A DNA stretch of 64,000 nucleotides from Schizochytrium sp. TIO01 (taxonomy: Eukaryota; Protista; Bigyra: Labyrinthulomycetes), in NCBI GenBank assembly GCA_004764695.1, contig SMSO01000014.1, forward strand, positions 2,537,648-2,601,647, read 5' to 3'. A program made the translations under genes and the position numbers. Below, piece by piece: positions 10,954 through 21,604 of this stretch (position 1 is the stretch's first letter; each line of letters opens with the position of its first letter). The notes beneath the pieces were generated by a model, which did not search any database, had not been told where the DNA came from, and saw nothing but the letters and a program-made list of their open reading frames with translations.

Positions 10954-11718
10954 ATGCAGCCGTTCAAGCGAGCATGGATTTCTGGCGGGACACGAGGGAT
11001 TGGGCTAGGCCTTGCTCGTGCAGTCCTCAACCATAATCCTGAAAGCCGAGTATGGGTTTCCTCGAGAAATGGAGCAGAGTCCACAGAGGCACAAGGTCTC
11101 TTAGACGAATTTGGGGACCGCGTTATGTGTGAGCGCATGGATATAACAGACATTACCTCTGTAGATGCTACTGCTGAGAAGATCGCGGCAGAAGCTGATA
11201 AAAAGCTTGACTTAGTGATAAACACTGTTGGAATTCTACATGAAGGCGACAAGGGCCCTGAACGCCGCCTTCGAGACGTTGACCCTGAATGGTCTGTGTA
11301 CAACTACAAAGTCAACGCGCTTGGTCCACTACTACTCGCGCGTGCTCTCATTGAAGGCAAAGCTTTCAATAATGATCGACTTTGCTGCCTTGCGAACATT
11401 TCGGCCAAGGTTGGAAGCATTGCAGATAATCGGATAGGCTCCTGGTACAGCTATAGAGGAAGTAAAGCTGCGCAAAATCAATTCAATAAATGCATTGCGA
11501 TTGAAATCAGCCGACTCAGACGCCCTGTTGTTTGCGTTGGTTTGCATCCCGGAACTGTGGACACTCAACTCTCCCAACCATTTTCCAAAGGTGTATCTCA
11601 TGAAATCTTTTCTGTAGAAAAAGCAGCCGCACAGTTGTTTGACGTAGTACTGAATCTAGATAAGAACAAGCATCATGGTCAACTTTTAAATTGGGACGGA
11701 AAAATTATTCCTCCTTGA
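10954..11718 (+). CDS. Short-chain dehydrogenase/reductase, C-factor (CsgA)-like
   Basis: GGTRGIG Rossmann motif; SAKVGSIADNRIGSWYSYRGSKAA (YxxxK); LHPGTVDTQLSQPF. Confidence 0.92.
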   Translation: MQPFKRAWISGGTRGIGLGLARAVLNHNPESRVWVSSRNGAESTEAQGLLDEFGDRVMCERMDITDITSVDATAEKIAAEADKKLDLVINTVGILHEGDKGPERRLRDVDPEWSVYNYKVNALGPLLLARALIEGKAFNNDRLCCLANISAKVGSIADNRIGSWYSYRGSKAAQNQFNKCIAIEISRLRRPVVCVGLHPGTVDTQLSQPFSKGVSHEIFSVEKAAAQLFDVVLNLDKNKHHGQLLNWDGKIIPP

Positions 11719-12124
11719 ATCATCTTTTGTGTGTCTGCACTATGGTGCGTGCTACTCATCCAACAAAATTAGAACTAGAGACATTATAAGAACTTAGATA
11801 TCCAGATTTACTGTCTTTATTTTATATGTGCTTATTATTTGAAATGGTACGGTGCGCCAAGGCATCAAGTCAAAAAACAGAGAAACATAAGGGTGTATTC
11901 CTTGTCTTAGTTTATAAGGAAGACATCACTTCTTTTAAAATCATTATCAGGGGGGCTAAAGGGGAGTGAACGAACGGGTTAATTCACGAAAACCCAAGTC
12001 CAAACAAAAAGGGACAATGCTTGCAGTCGATAAGCAGACAAACATTTATCATAACTGAGGAAGAGAATTTTGGAATGTAGTGCTATGCTTGCCTCTTTTC
12101 ATTCTTGTATGATCCCAATTCTAT

Positions 12125-14221
12125 TCATTTCCGGCGGGCTTTGCGTGGATTAGCTTGTTTGGGAGCTGGAGACTCTGGGGTAGAGTTAACATCTTGGAAA
12201 ACAGGAGATCTTTTTGGCACAGATGAAGTTTTGCCAGATGATTTTGACTTGATGTTATTCTCCCAAACCTCGCGCTCTTTAATGCGCGCCGTGAGTTCTG
12301 CAATTTCATTGGATTCCTTGTCAGTGGGTCCGTTCCGGGGTGCTTTGCGGTAACGGGCGTTTTCTTTGACCTTGTTGATGCGTTTTTTCCATGCTGACTT
12401 TCCAGAGTTTTTCCAAACTTCAGCAATGGAAGCAAAGAGCTCGAAGAGCTCGCTCCGAGTATAGAGAGTAAGTGGCTCCAGCGCATGCTGCCGTGCCTCC
12501 TGCAGCAGGCCAGTCGCGTCGATGAGTTTCTGTGTTTTAAGTCTGTCTAAATCTGATCCGCCTGGCTGTAGACAGTCGACCAAATCAGTTTCTAATGTTT
12601 TGGAGAATGGTTGTTCGCCAGGCAGTTTAACGGCCCGTGTAGCATGCGGATCAAACTCGGAATATCTTTTTCTAGTGCGCGGCTTCATCGTGTTCGCCTC
12701 AAGCTCTTCAGGAATTAATTTCATAAATTCAGCCTCCGAGAGGAGCTGCTTGCGTCGTTGATTAATCTTCTCATACTCCTCTGAACCATTGACACGCACA
12801 GATCCAGCTGCCGCCGCAGTAGCCCCAGTCCCTGTTACAGGTCCAGGACCTGAGAAGCTTGGCTCTGACATACTGGTGGACGGCGGCATCATGTGAAAGC
12901 TTTCTGGGTGGCGCCCAGGGTGTTGTTGTTTTGCAGCTGCTGCAGCTACTGCAGCAGCGTTGACATTTGCCATTAACTGATGGTTCATGGAGAGGCCTTG
13001 TTGGAGGTTGAAGTGGGATTGCCCAGGAAATTGCAAATTTGACTGTAGATGTGCAGTTGAGTTGGTTTGGTCATTATTGAAGAGCATAGGTAACGACGAC
13101 GACACGGAAGGCATACTCGCCTGAGAGGGACGCCGTCGCTGCTGCTGCATTTCTTGCTGCTGGTCCTGCTGGTGGGTGTGTGGAGATGTCAACTGATGTT
13201 GGTTGTGCTGCAGCTGTGTATGCTGTGCATGGTGGTGACTCTGCGGTTGGGAATAGTGTTGCTGTATTGAGCCTTGTCCCAACTGCTGATGAAGATCACG
13301 ATTTTGGGGACCAGTGTTGGCCATACGAGACGCACCGGACGAGGCTGAGTCCATTCTTGATGGTGCCGTAAGTGATGGCGTCACATTCCTTGTTTCCTCC
13401 CTCTGCGATGCCCTCCGTTGGCGCTCCCGCTCTGTGGCTTCTGGAATTTGCATAAGCACCTTCGCAATCATGTCTGGCGTTACCTCTTCGTTGCCTGCAA
13501 GTTGGCCCAAAAGTAATGATGAGGATTGATGTTGTTGCTGCGTGTGCTGGTTGGAACCCTGGCCCTGTGACTGATTTTGGTTTTGGTTTTGTGGTTGGCG
13601 CAGCTGACTCTGATGATGTTGATTTTGGTGTAGCTGACTTTGGTGTAGCTGGCTTTGATGCTGCTGATGGCTACCCAAATTCTGGCTCTGCTGTCTACGT
13701 TGTTGCTGATGAAGATCATTTTGAAGATCATTGAGCACCACGGCTGAGGCTGCACCTGCGTGAGTAGCAGGCGGTGTGGCTCTGCGTCTTTTCCTGCTTT
13801 GCGGCCCAGACTGACCAGTTTTTCGACCTCCAGGAGCTAAAGCCTGTGGTACACCATTGTTGTTACTATTGTTGCTGCTACTGTTATTATTGTTGATGTT
13901 GAGGTGACTATTGCTATTGTTATTGTGGTTGCCCATGCTGCCCATGTTATTCACGTTGCCCATGTTCATGCCCATGCTGTTAACGTTCATGTTCATGTTA
14001 TTGATGCTATTGCTGTTGATGTTGCTGCTGTTGTTGTTATTGCTACTGCTATTGTTGCTGTTGTTGTTGTTGCTGCTGTTGTTGTTGCGATACGCTGAGG
14101 CCAGACCGCCGCCATCCAGGCCACCGTAGCCGCCCATGGCCCGCGCCACGGGCTCCTGAGGCATGCCCTGGAGCGTCCTGCGCAGGACATCCATAGTAAC
14201 GTCATCCTCTTGACGCGCCAT
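12125..14221 (-). CDS. Q/N/H-rich low-complexity protein with basic helical C-terminal domain (putative nuclear regulator)
   Basis: 698-aa ORF with poly-N and Q/H tracts, NLS-like RKRRR, and an ordered basic C-terminal region (WKKRINKVKENARYRK). Confidence 0.75.
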   Translation of the reverse strand: MARQEDDVTMDVLRRTLQGMPQEPVARAMGGYGGLDGGGLASAYRNNNSSNNNNSNNSSSNNNNSSNINSNSINNMNMNVNSMGMNMGNVNNMGSMGNHNNNSNSHLNINNNNSSSNNSNNNGVPQALAPGGRKTGQSGPQSRKRRRATPPATHAGAASAVVLNDLQNDLHQQQRRQQSQNLGSHQQHQSQLHQSQLHQNQHHQSQLRQPQNQNQNQSQGQGSNQHTQQQHQSSSLLLGQLAGNEEVTPDMIAKVLMQIPEATERERQRRASQREETRNVTPSLTAPSRMDSASSGASRMANTGPQNRDLHQQLGQGSIQQHYSQPQSHHHAQHTQLQHNQHQLTSPHTHQQDQQQEMQQQRRRPSQASMPSVSSSLPMLFNNDQTNSTAHLQSNLQFPGQSHFNLQQGLSMNHQLMANVNAAAVAAAAAKQQHPGRHPESFHMMPPSTSMSEPSFSGPGPVTGTGATAAAAGSVRVNGSEEYEKINQRRKQLLSEAEFMKLIPEELEANTMKPRTRKRYSEFDPHATRAVKLPGEQPFSKTLETDLVDCLQPGGSDLDRLKTQKLIDATGLLQEARQHALEPLTLYTRSELFELFASIAEVWKNSGKSAWKKRINKVKENARYRKAPRNGPTDKESNEIAELTARIKEREVWENNIKSKSSGKTSSVPKRSPVFQDVNSTPESPAPKQANPRKARRK

Positions 14222-14318
14222 CCTCTTGCCGCGCAGTCAGCGCCCGTCCTCCGCGGCGCCACGGACTCGCAGCGCGCACGAGAGCGAGGCCTCCGCTGTT
14301 TTATTTTGCTCTGATTGT

Positions 14319-14322
<4 letters not shown>

Positions 14323-14371
<49 letters not shown>

Positions 14372-14400
14372 CTCATTTCTTTCTCTCATTTCTTTCTCAT
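14323..14400. repeat. (TC)n/(TTTC)n microsatellite
   Basis: Directly visible upstream of the Q/N-rich gene. Confidence 0.95.
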
Positions 14401-15008
14401 GAGTTGCTTTGTTTTCTTTAATATTAAGTTTCGAATTTTAATTTTTAAAAGTTAAAAATATTCTTACAATGATTTTTATTTATCTATTTCTTTATTTCTT
14501 TATTTATTTATCTATTTATTAATTCATTAAGTTTGGGAAAGTTTTAACCAGCTATTCTTAGGCAATACCACAATTTAATTTAATCTCCCTTCTTAATTAA
14601 GAGCATGCCCAGGAAGGAAAAAAGAAGAGAGAAAGCAACTCCTACAAAGATGAGTCGTCATCAACAGTCTAATACAAACAACAACTCAATGACAATGTTG
14701 CCCACCAAATACCGCACTCGAGTAGACCGACGTATTCCCTCTCTTGTCTTCTCCCGCATCGCCTGCAAACCCAGCAGACACGCAGCAGGTGCCGACAGCA
14801 TTGCATTCGCCTGTGTTTCTTTCTTTGGTCGTACTGACTTGGCTGTTGCAATTCGTAGGGTACCCGTAGTCCTCGTACGATCGTGAGTCTCTCTCTCTCT
14901 CTATGGCCAGTAGTACTCCTTTCTATTCAAGCTGATATGGATTGCTATTTTTCATTTTTCATTTTTCATTTTATTCTTTAAAACGAGAATTGAATTAAAA
15001 AAATACTT

Positions 15009-15045
15009 CTTTTCTTTTCTTTTCTTTTCTTTTCTTTTCTTTTCT
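15009..15045. repeat. (TTTTC)n microsatellite
   Basis: Directly visible. Confidence 0.9.
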
Positions 15046-18000
15046 TTTTTACTGCTACTACTGGTACCTCACTACTAGTGCTAGTAGTAGTACATTCCCC
15101 TTTTTTCCCAGTAGGTTAGTATACTTTTATGCGATCTAAAGTTACGCTGGTAGCAGTATGCGCTAGGTGGCGCCTATCAGTTGGTTAATTACTCTTTCTC
15201 CTTCTCCTCTAGGCTGTAAAAACATGTAGCTAGCTATAGATACATACATGATATCATAAATAAGAATAATAAAACTAGTACCCCTATTTAGGTCCTTTAG
15301 CCTCGGAAAGTAAGTTTCTTTGTGCTGTTTCCGCCGACGAAAGTTCGTCGATCATGCTTCGTTTCTCCTTGGTTCTCTCATAAGCACCTCCTTTGCTCTC
15401 TCATAAGCATCAGGTGTAATCCCTGGACACCTAAGTATGTGAATAGATACAGGTCGGCAGATACTTTTTCTCTCTCGGCAGGTATATACTGACTTCTCTG
15501 CGAGGCTTTGGATTCTTGTTGGCACTCTTCTGATTCAATACTGCTCCTTTCTCATATTCATTTATAATTCTGTCCATCGTGGTTCTTTCTGCAAACATTT
15601 TGTAGAGCTCCAGCGGTCAGTACCTAGTACGTTCCAGTCTCGATTGGACAGCTATGATTGAAAGAAGGTCAGAGACCTCGCATCGACGGCATGCCACGCG
15701 GTGCATCCTTGGGCTAGCCAAGCCTGTACAGCTAGCTGCTTTAACTCCGTTTGATGGAAAGGATGAGGCAGATCTGTGACACGCAAGAATGCAGAAGAAC
15801 CTCATCTCAAGGTAACCCTGTCCAGCTTGACACGAAGAGCGAACTACGCAAATGTCTATTTGGACGATGCGCTGAGAAAGCACGTAATGTGCAGCCGACT
15901 TGGGCTTCAGGCCATCATCTTCGTCAAGCTCCAAGGGCTCTTGGTCGCCGGTCGCGCTATGCTGCCTCCTATTGCTATTATGTTCTCATGTCGATAGCAC
16001 CAGCAGAAAGGGCCAAGGAGGGATCATCAGGCGAAAATTTGTTATACAAAGTCCAGACTACCTACTCAAGGCCCCGCTTGCAATCAGCAGCATTGAAGAT
16101 GGCGCTCTGCAATAAATACACTGCCAAGACGTCAACCGCGTAACAAATTTTCTGTCACGCTGCAAATTGCAAGCAATATACTCTGATCTTGAGCGTATCT
16201 TGCAGCAAACGCTTTTTTAATGATGGAGCAAATGTGAATTTCCCTGCGACTCTAGCAGAGTCAAGCTTTGAAGAAATTATCCTGATGGAGCTCCTTCTCA
16301 TGACCCTGCGCAGATGAGAACCAAAGAGCCGTCGTCTCCTGGAGGATCACGTAAAGAAGAAGTCGGTGTAGTTGCCAAGGAAGGAGTATCAATTCACAGA
16401 TAGAGTATTGTGCAAGACGTTAATGACTATGGTGAGTAAGGTGATGAATCAAACATGCTGCCTACATGTTACAGCCTTGCCTTATTCAACTTCTCCCGTC
16501 AGGGCGAGCATCAATTATTGGTATGCATAGAAGAAGGATGGGAAAAATCACACACAGCACTTCGTTAATTCTTGCGCCAACATCATCGTCATCCAACGCC
16601 ACTTCCTTCAACAAATAGAAAATGATTAACTCAAACATGAAAAGAAAGGTTGTTTCACACTCGGCACCCTACCCTGCACAGCGCCAAGTTCGTAAGATAT
16701 GCCTTTTCGCACGCTAAGCTGAGGCCACCGAGTCGACCTTTCATCCTTGTGCAATGGTTATGTATCTACCAATGCTGCATGAGGAGCCATAAAACGGAGT
16801 CCAACCATACCCGCAAGTTTAATGACGATTTATGCCTTTTCTTTCTTCTTACAGCATCAACTTCTTCTTCTTCTTCTTCTTCATATTGTCTCTAGAGTTA
16901 AAATGAGGATGTTTTATGCTAAATAAGTTTTTATAGAATGTTTTTAATTTAATTAAAACTCTGTTTAATTAATTAAAGAAAAAAACAATAGTGACTCCTT
17001 TGAAAGGATGGATTATCTATCACTTTTAGTTACAGCTAACGCATTTTCATATGAATATCGTTGTTTTCTTTTATTTTCCACTGTCGCCCCTCTAAAAATG
17101 CCATTCACGGCAACTTAATAAAAAACAGTCGAAGCGCTAGAAAAGCGCTGACGACCAGCCAAGCTCAGCGCCTTTAAGCCCGAGGAAGCCGCACCACCGG
17201 AATATATCAGCATGGGCATTACAGGCGGCCTGAGAGCGCCCTCAATCTCCTTCGGTCTGTACAAAGCTATCTGTAGTGCCTTGGCTTTGAAGATTCGAGT
17301 TCTAAGAGGCAGATTTGTATGCATGTATGTATGTATGCATATACTGCATACCTAAAATGTGTTATTGGCATATTCAAGTCGTTCTCAGTTCACCCAGGCC
17401 CGAGCAAAACCCGCTGCGACGACTGCGAAGTTCTCCGATATATCACGAGCATGCCTGCCGAATCTCCGCATGGGGGAGAACCAGGGCTTGGTTGGTCAGA
17501 CCGCACGATGACGCTCGCCTCAAGACTTGACCCACGGTGACATTACGAGTTCTCTTGAGCCAGCGCGGAAGACCTTCTAGCTCGGTAATGCTTGCTTGCC
17601 TGCCTACCTAATGGACTTCGAAACACGTGTACCAGGAGAGCATCATCGTCACCACTGGCAGCACCATCGCCACCACCACCACCACCACCGCCACCCAGAA
17701 CAGAGGCTTCAAGAGCGACGCCATGTAGTTGCCATGCTCATATGGTCCCTTTGGGGTTTTGTGCTCAATTGTCAATGACATTCAGGAATGTCCCGCGAAA
17801 CCCTTAGGCATTACTTCGTGCAGCGCAGAGATAGCAACTTTGGGCTGACCTTGTCGCTTACCATCAATCGTCATCCTTGCTGGCGTCGAAGCCAATACAA
17901 TCACCGTCACTGCCACTAAGAACTTTTTCCAGCGCACTCAACGAGTGCAACGAAGGAACTGATGAGTACATTGAATCCGTTGCTCACCTATGAGCGTCGA

Positions 18001-18556
18001 ATGCAATGTTCTTGCCACTGTTGCCTCTTCGTCGTACTTACTCGCACTGCTAAATACGTCTCGCAAGCTAAAGATAGGACGAGCGAGCCCTTTTGCACTC
18101 TGTAGCAGAACTTCTGGTTCTACTTTGCGTAATCCAGGTACTGAAAGCTTGACAAGGTACGTTGGATCTATGGATGGAATGGAATGCACGAAGTTGCACG
18201 AAGACCACATTGCTTTTGCTTTCGAATAGGTTGCATTCCGTGTCGTGAGAAGTCGGGCTTCTGCTCTTCTATGTTGTCAAAGAAGCATGCATTTTGTACA
18301 ATTGTAATAATACGAGATTACTAAAATGGTAGGTGGTTGTTTACCCGCTGCTGGTATGTCTTGAGTGTAAAGATTATTCATCGCATGCAAATGTGTCTCT
18401 TCATGAGAAACAAACATACGCAAATCCACGCAGAATGTACAGAAACTACCTCTATTATGCCCACTTGAAAGTCGTGCAAGACGCATGATCCTCGATTCGA
18501 CTGGAACGACGCTTTTTCTTTCCTCTGCTTCTTCTTTCTTTTCTGTCTTTATTTAT

Positions 18557-18586
18557 TATGTTATGTTATGTTATGTTATGTTATGT
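18557..18586. repeat. (TTATG)n microsatellite
   Basis: Directly visible. Confidence 0.9.
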
Positions 18587-18894
18587 ATTTTATTTAATTC
18601 TATTTTAAAAACTAATTTAGGCTCAGCTCAGCTAATCATTTTAGTATTTTTATTTTAAAAAATTAACAAAAAGCTCATTTCTACATGTCTTTGTACAACA
18701 TAAACTTATCTGGTAATAATAAGTATATGATGCCATATACTATTACTATCCCTGCTATATAGAAGAATGGAGAGAAGAAAGTGGTTTCCGTTAGGAACTG
18801 GTGTTGGTGCTTCAGTGGGACTCCCAATTCGTAAACCATCAGGAGTCGCGCAGAGTGCTGCGTGGCGCAGGGACTGCGCTTAAGCGCATAAACT

Positions 18895-21060
18895 ATGGCC
18901 CATCGAGATCCACCGATGTTGACGGAGTGTCATGGAGACGCAGCAACGATGGAGACAAGGATTGATTATGGGAGGGCCAAACGCGGAGTGAGGAATGGCT
19001 GTCAAGGAGACTATGCCAGGGGATTGACCAAGATCCAGGCGCTACTCTTTGCAGCAGTGCTCGTGAATTTAAGGAGCTTTGGTTATGCAGCAACACCACT
19101 CTCAGCTGCAGTAGAAAGTCCATCTGGATATACATTTTTAGAAGCAGAAAGCAACAGTCCGGTTCTTGAAAGTATTCTCGAATCCGGAGATGACTCCCGA
19201 AAAGGGGCGTATAACTTCCTGACGTATGCTATTGGCATGATCATCAACCCATGTAAAGGTCGCGATCCAGACTGTTGCTTAAATATCTATGGTGAGCCAG
19301 AATATGTTCGGCACTCTCCTGTGGTGCCAGCAACCTGGCTCTGGGCACTTGCAGCACACAGCGATTCAATTTATACCTGTCAGATGCCTTGCATTGGAAA
19401 CTGGACGCTAGTGAATGATACCAAAACAATTTATGAATATAGCCTTGACCAGATTGATTCTGATGTAGATTATATCTGGGGATTGAGCCTTTCTGAGAGT
19501 AAGCTTTTTCGACGGACACTCGACGCATATGAAACGTGGACTTTCATCAGTGGTAATTTTAGTGCCTTTACAACAAGCGGAGCATACGCAATGTATGCCA
19601 TTAATTATGATTCCCCACTGGAAATTCTAGCATGCGTTAAGCCCTGCGACGGACAATGGAAAACCCCTACCGAAGTGGATGGCCATCCATTAGAAGGTGA
19701 AGAATGGGCTGCCTTAGACCTTGGTGACACCGTTGGTACTGTGACATCATACAAATATATTGGCGCAGATGAGACTCATGTTTGGGTCGTTCTTGATGAC
19801 GGCAGACTGTTTGCCCGAAGGGTCCTTCTTCCTCCTAAAGAACCCTTACTACGATGGAAAGACGTGTGGATCTATGATGGAGCATACGGCCAATGGCTCG
19901 ATCTAACACCAAGCAACAAGAAAGTTGCTAAAGTCGTAACTTCAATACAATTGGATACTATCTGGATTTTGACAGAATCTGGCACTGCCCAGGGTTGTGT
20001 AAGACCATGCGATGATGCAGATTGGTCCGAAGCAGGCGCTCCCGGCGGAAATGGCATTATCCAAGACATTGACGCTGATGATCGTTATGTCTGGGCAGTA
20101 TCAACAACAGGCCAAGTATACCGACGTTCTGCATCTATTTCGTCTTCAGTGACAAACTGGGTGACAATTCCATCTTCTTCTTCGGAAATCGACTCAGTAA
20201 CTGCTGCATGGGATACTATCCCTGATGGGGGTTTCAAGCAAATCACTTCGCCTGCACTCCTTACAAATACAGACTCCTTTACTGAATACACCGTGGAAGA
20301 ATTCGGCCAAGACTGCGCGCTTGTCACTGATGAAGATAGCTGTACTTTAAAAACAACTGAGCTCTGCGTTTGGAATGTAGAAACTTATATTTGCGAAAAG
20401 CAAGTTAGCACCAAAGCCAGCCGACTTCCAGATCTCGACATCACATTTGAGGATGGAAACTGTATCATCGCGGAGGTTACAGCAGCAGATGGAGCCGTAA
20501 GTATGGAACCTGGCTTCTCTTATGTTCGTGATTATCAGAATCAAAGCTGGCAAATTAAGCGTGATCCAGATTGTCTGGACCAGGGTGTACGCAGTTCGCA
20601 TAGTACCACAATGCCAGCTTGCTGGGACCATAATACGACAGTGGATGCAAGTGCATCATGCTACGATCCAGATGGTAACGAGACAGACACATGCGTAGCG
20701 ATTGCTTATGCCACCACAGTTTACATTCCAAAATGTGGGGGGGCATACGCGGATTCGGATTCTTGTGGCACCTTTTTAGAGCTTCATGCGCCTGGGGAGC
20801 CGGATATTATTAACCAGATTCGTGTCGAATCAAATACCTCTTTTGTATCTGGCTACACAACAACAATAATGCCATTACAGTTTGCAAATAATTCAGACCA
20901 TGTCATTTGTCTCGGAGACTATGAACTTTGGTGGACTCAACGTACAAGAAAGCGTAAAATTGTTGAAGCGATCAAGAAGTTTAGCGTCACTTACCCACCT
21001 TGTGACTGGAACGACGCTAGTGGTGAATATGAAACATTTGCATCGATAGACTCTCTCTAA
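18895..21060 (+). CDS. Secreted or signal-anchored Cys-rich protein with tectonin (tachylectin-1-like) beta-propeller repeats
   Basis: Hydrophobic segment ALLFAAVLVNL. Alternating repeats CQMPCIGNW / IWGLSLSESKLFRR, CVKPCDGQW / VWVVLDDGRLFARR, CVRPCDDADW / VWAVSTTGQVYRR. Many NxS/T sequons. Confidence 0.8.
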   Translation: MAHRDPPMLTECHGDAATMETRIDYGRAKRGVRNGCQGDYARGLTKIQALLFAAVLVNLRSFGYAATPLSAAVESPSGYTFLEAESNSPVLESILESGDDSRKGAYNFLTYAIGMIINPCKGRDPDCCLNIYGEPEYVRHSPVVPATWLWALAAHSDSIYTCQMPCIGNWTLVNDTKTIYEYSLDQIDSDVDYIWGLSLSESKLFRRTLDAYETWTFISGNFSAFTTSGAYAMYAINYDSPLEILACVKPCDGQWKTPTEVDGHPLEGEEWAALDLGDTVGTVTSYKYIGADETHVWVVLDDGRLFARRVLLPPKEPLLRWKDVWIYDGAYGQWLDLTPSNKKVAKVVTSIQLDTIWILTESGTAQGCVRPCDDADWSEAGAPGGNGIIQDIDADDRYVWAVSTTGQVYRRSASISSSVTNWVTIPSSSSEIDSVTAAWDTIPDGGFKQITSPALLTNTDSFTEYTVEEFGQDCALVTDEDSCTLKTTELCVWNVETYICEKQVSTKASRLPDLDITFEDGNCIIAEVTAADGAVSMEPGFSYVRDYQNQSWQIKRDPDCLDQGVRSSHSTTMPACWDHNTTVDASASCYDPDGNETDTCVAIAYATTVYIPKCGGAYADSDSCGTFLELHAPGEPDIINQIRVESNTSFVSGYTTTIMPLQFANNSDHVICLGDYELWWTQRTRKRKIVEAIKKFSVTYPPCDWNDASGEYETFASIDSL

Positions 21061-21604
21061 CTCTAATTTAATATTTTGCAATACGGTTCCAAAGTGAAGC
21101 TCTGTGCATCAAAACAAAAACGAATTCTAGGCTACAATGTCTCAAAACATAAAATTTACGTTATTGGGCTGGTGCTGAGGCAATTATTGTAAAATCGAAA
21201 TAAAATCCTGATCAAAATGAACACTACAAGTTGCGAACAAAAAATCGCGAAGAATTTTATAGAAGTGTATGCTCATCCAATTCACATTTAGTTTACTACT
21301 CATGATCAAATGATATTGTGTGTCCTATATCGCAATGGTGCAGTGATAAGTTAAAAATAAAAATGTCACAGGGATGTGAGTGTCAATTATGTCCAAGTAA
21401 CTATTTTTGAACTGCTATAACGTCGGAAGTATTGACTAAAAAAAAGATTCAATTGCTTCTTAATTTTTAAAGTGGACAACATCAAGTACCATTCAATGAT
21501 TTATTTATAAGAATGGTTGCCTTGAGAAATCACAATAATACAGGGAAGCTCTAAATAAAGAGTTCCGTTTGCCACGTCAAAGGCAAAACACACTCACTAA
21601 CTAA

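Noticed and set aside
16170-16320. FFNDGANVN ankyrin-like snippet
   Set aside because: Single short motif with no supporting TPLH helix; could be chance.
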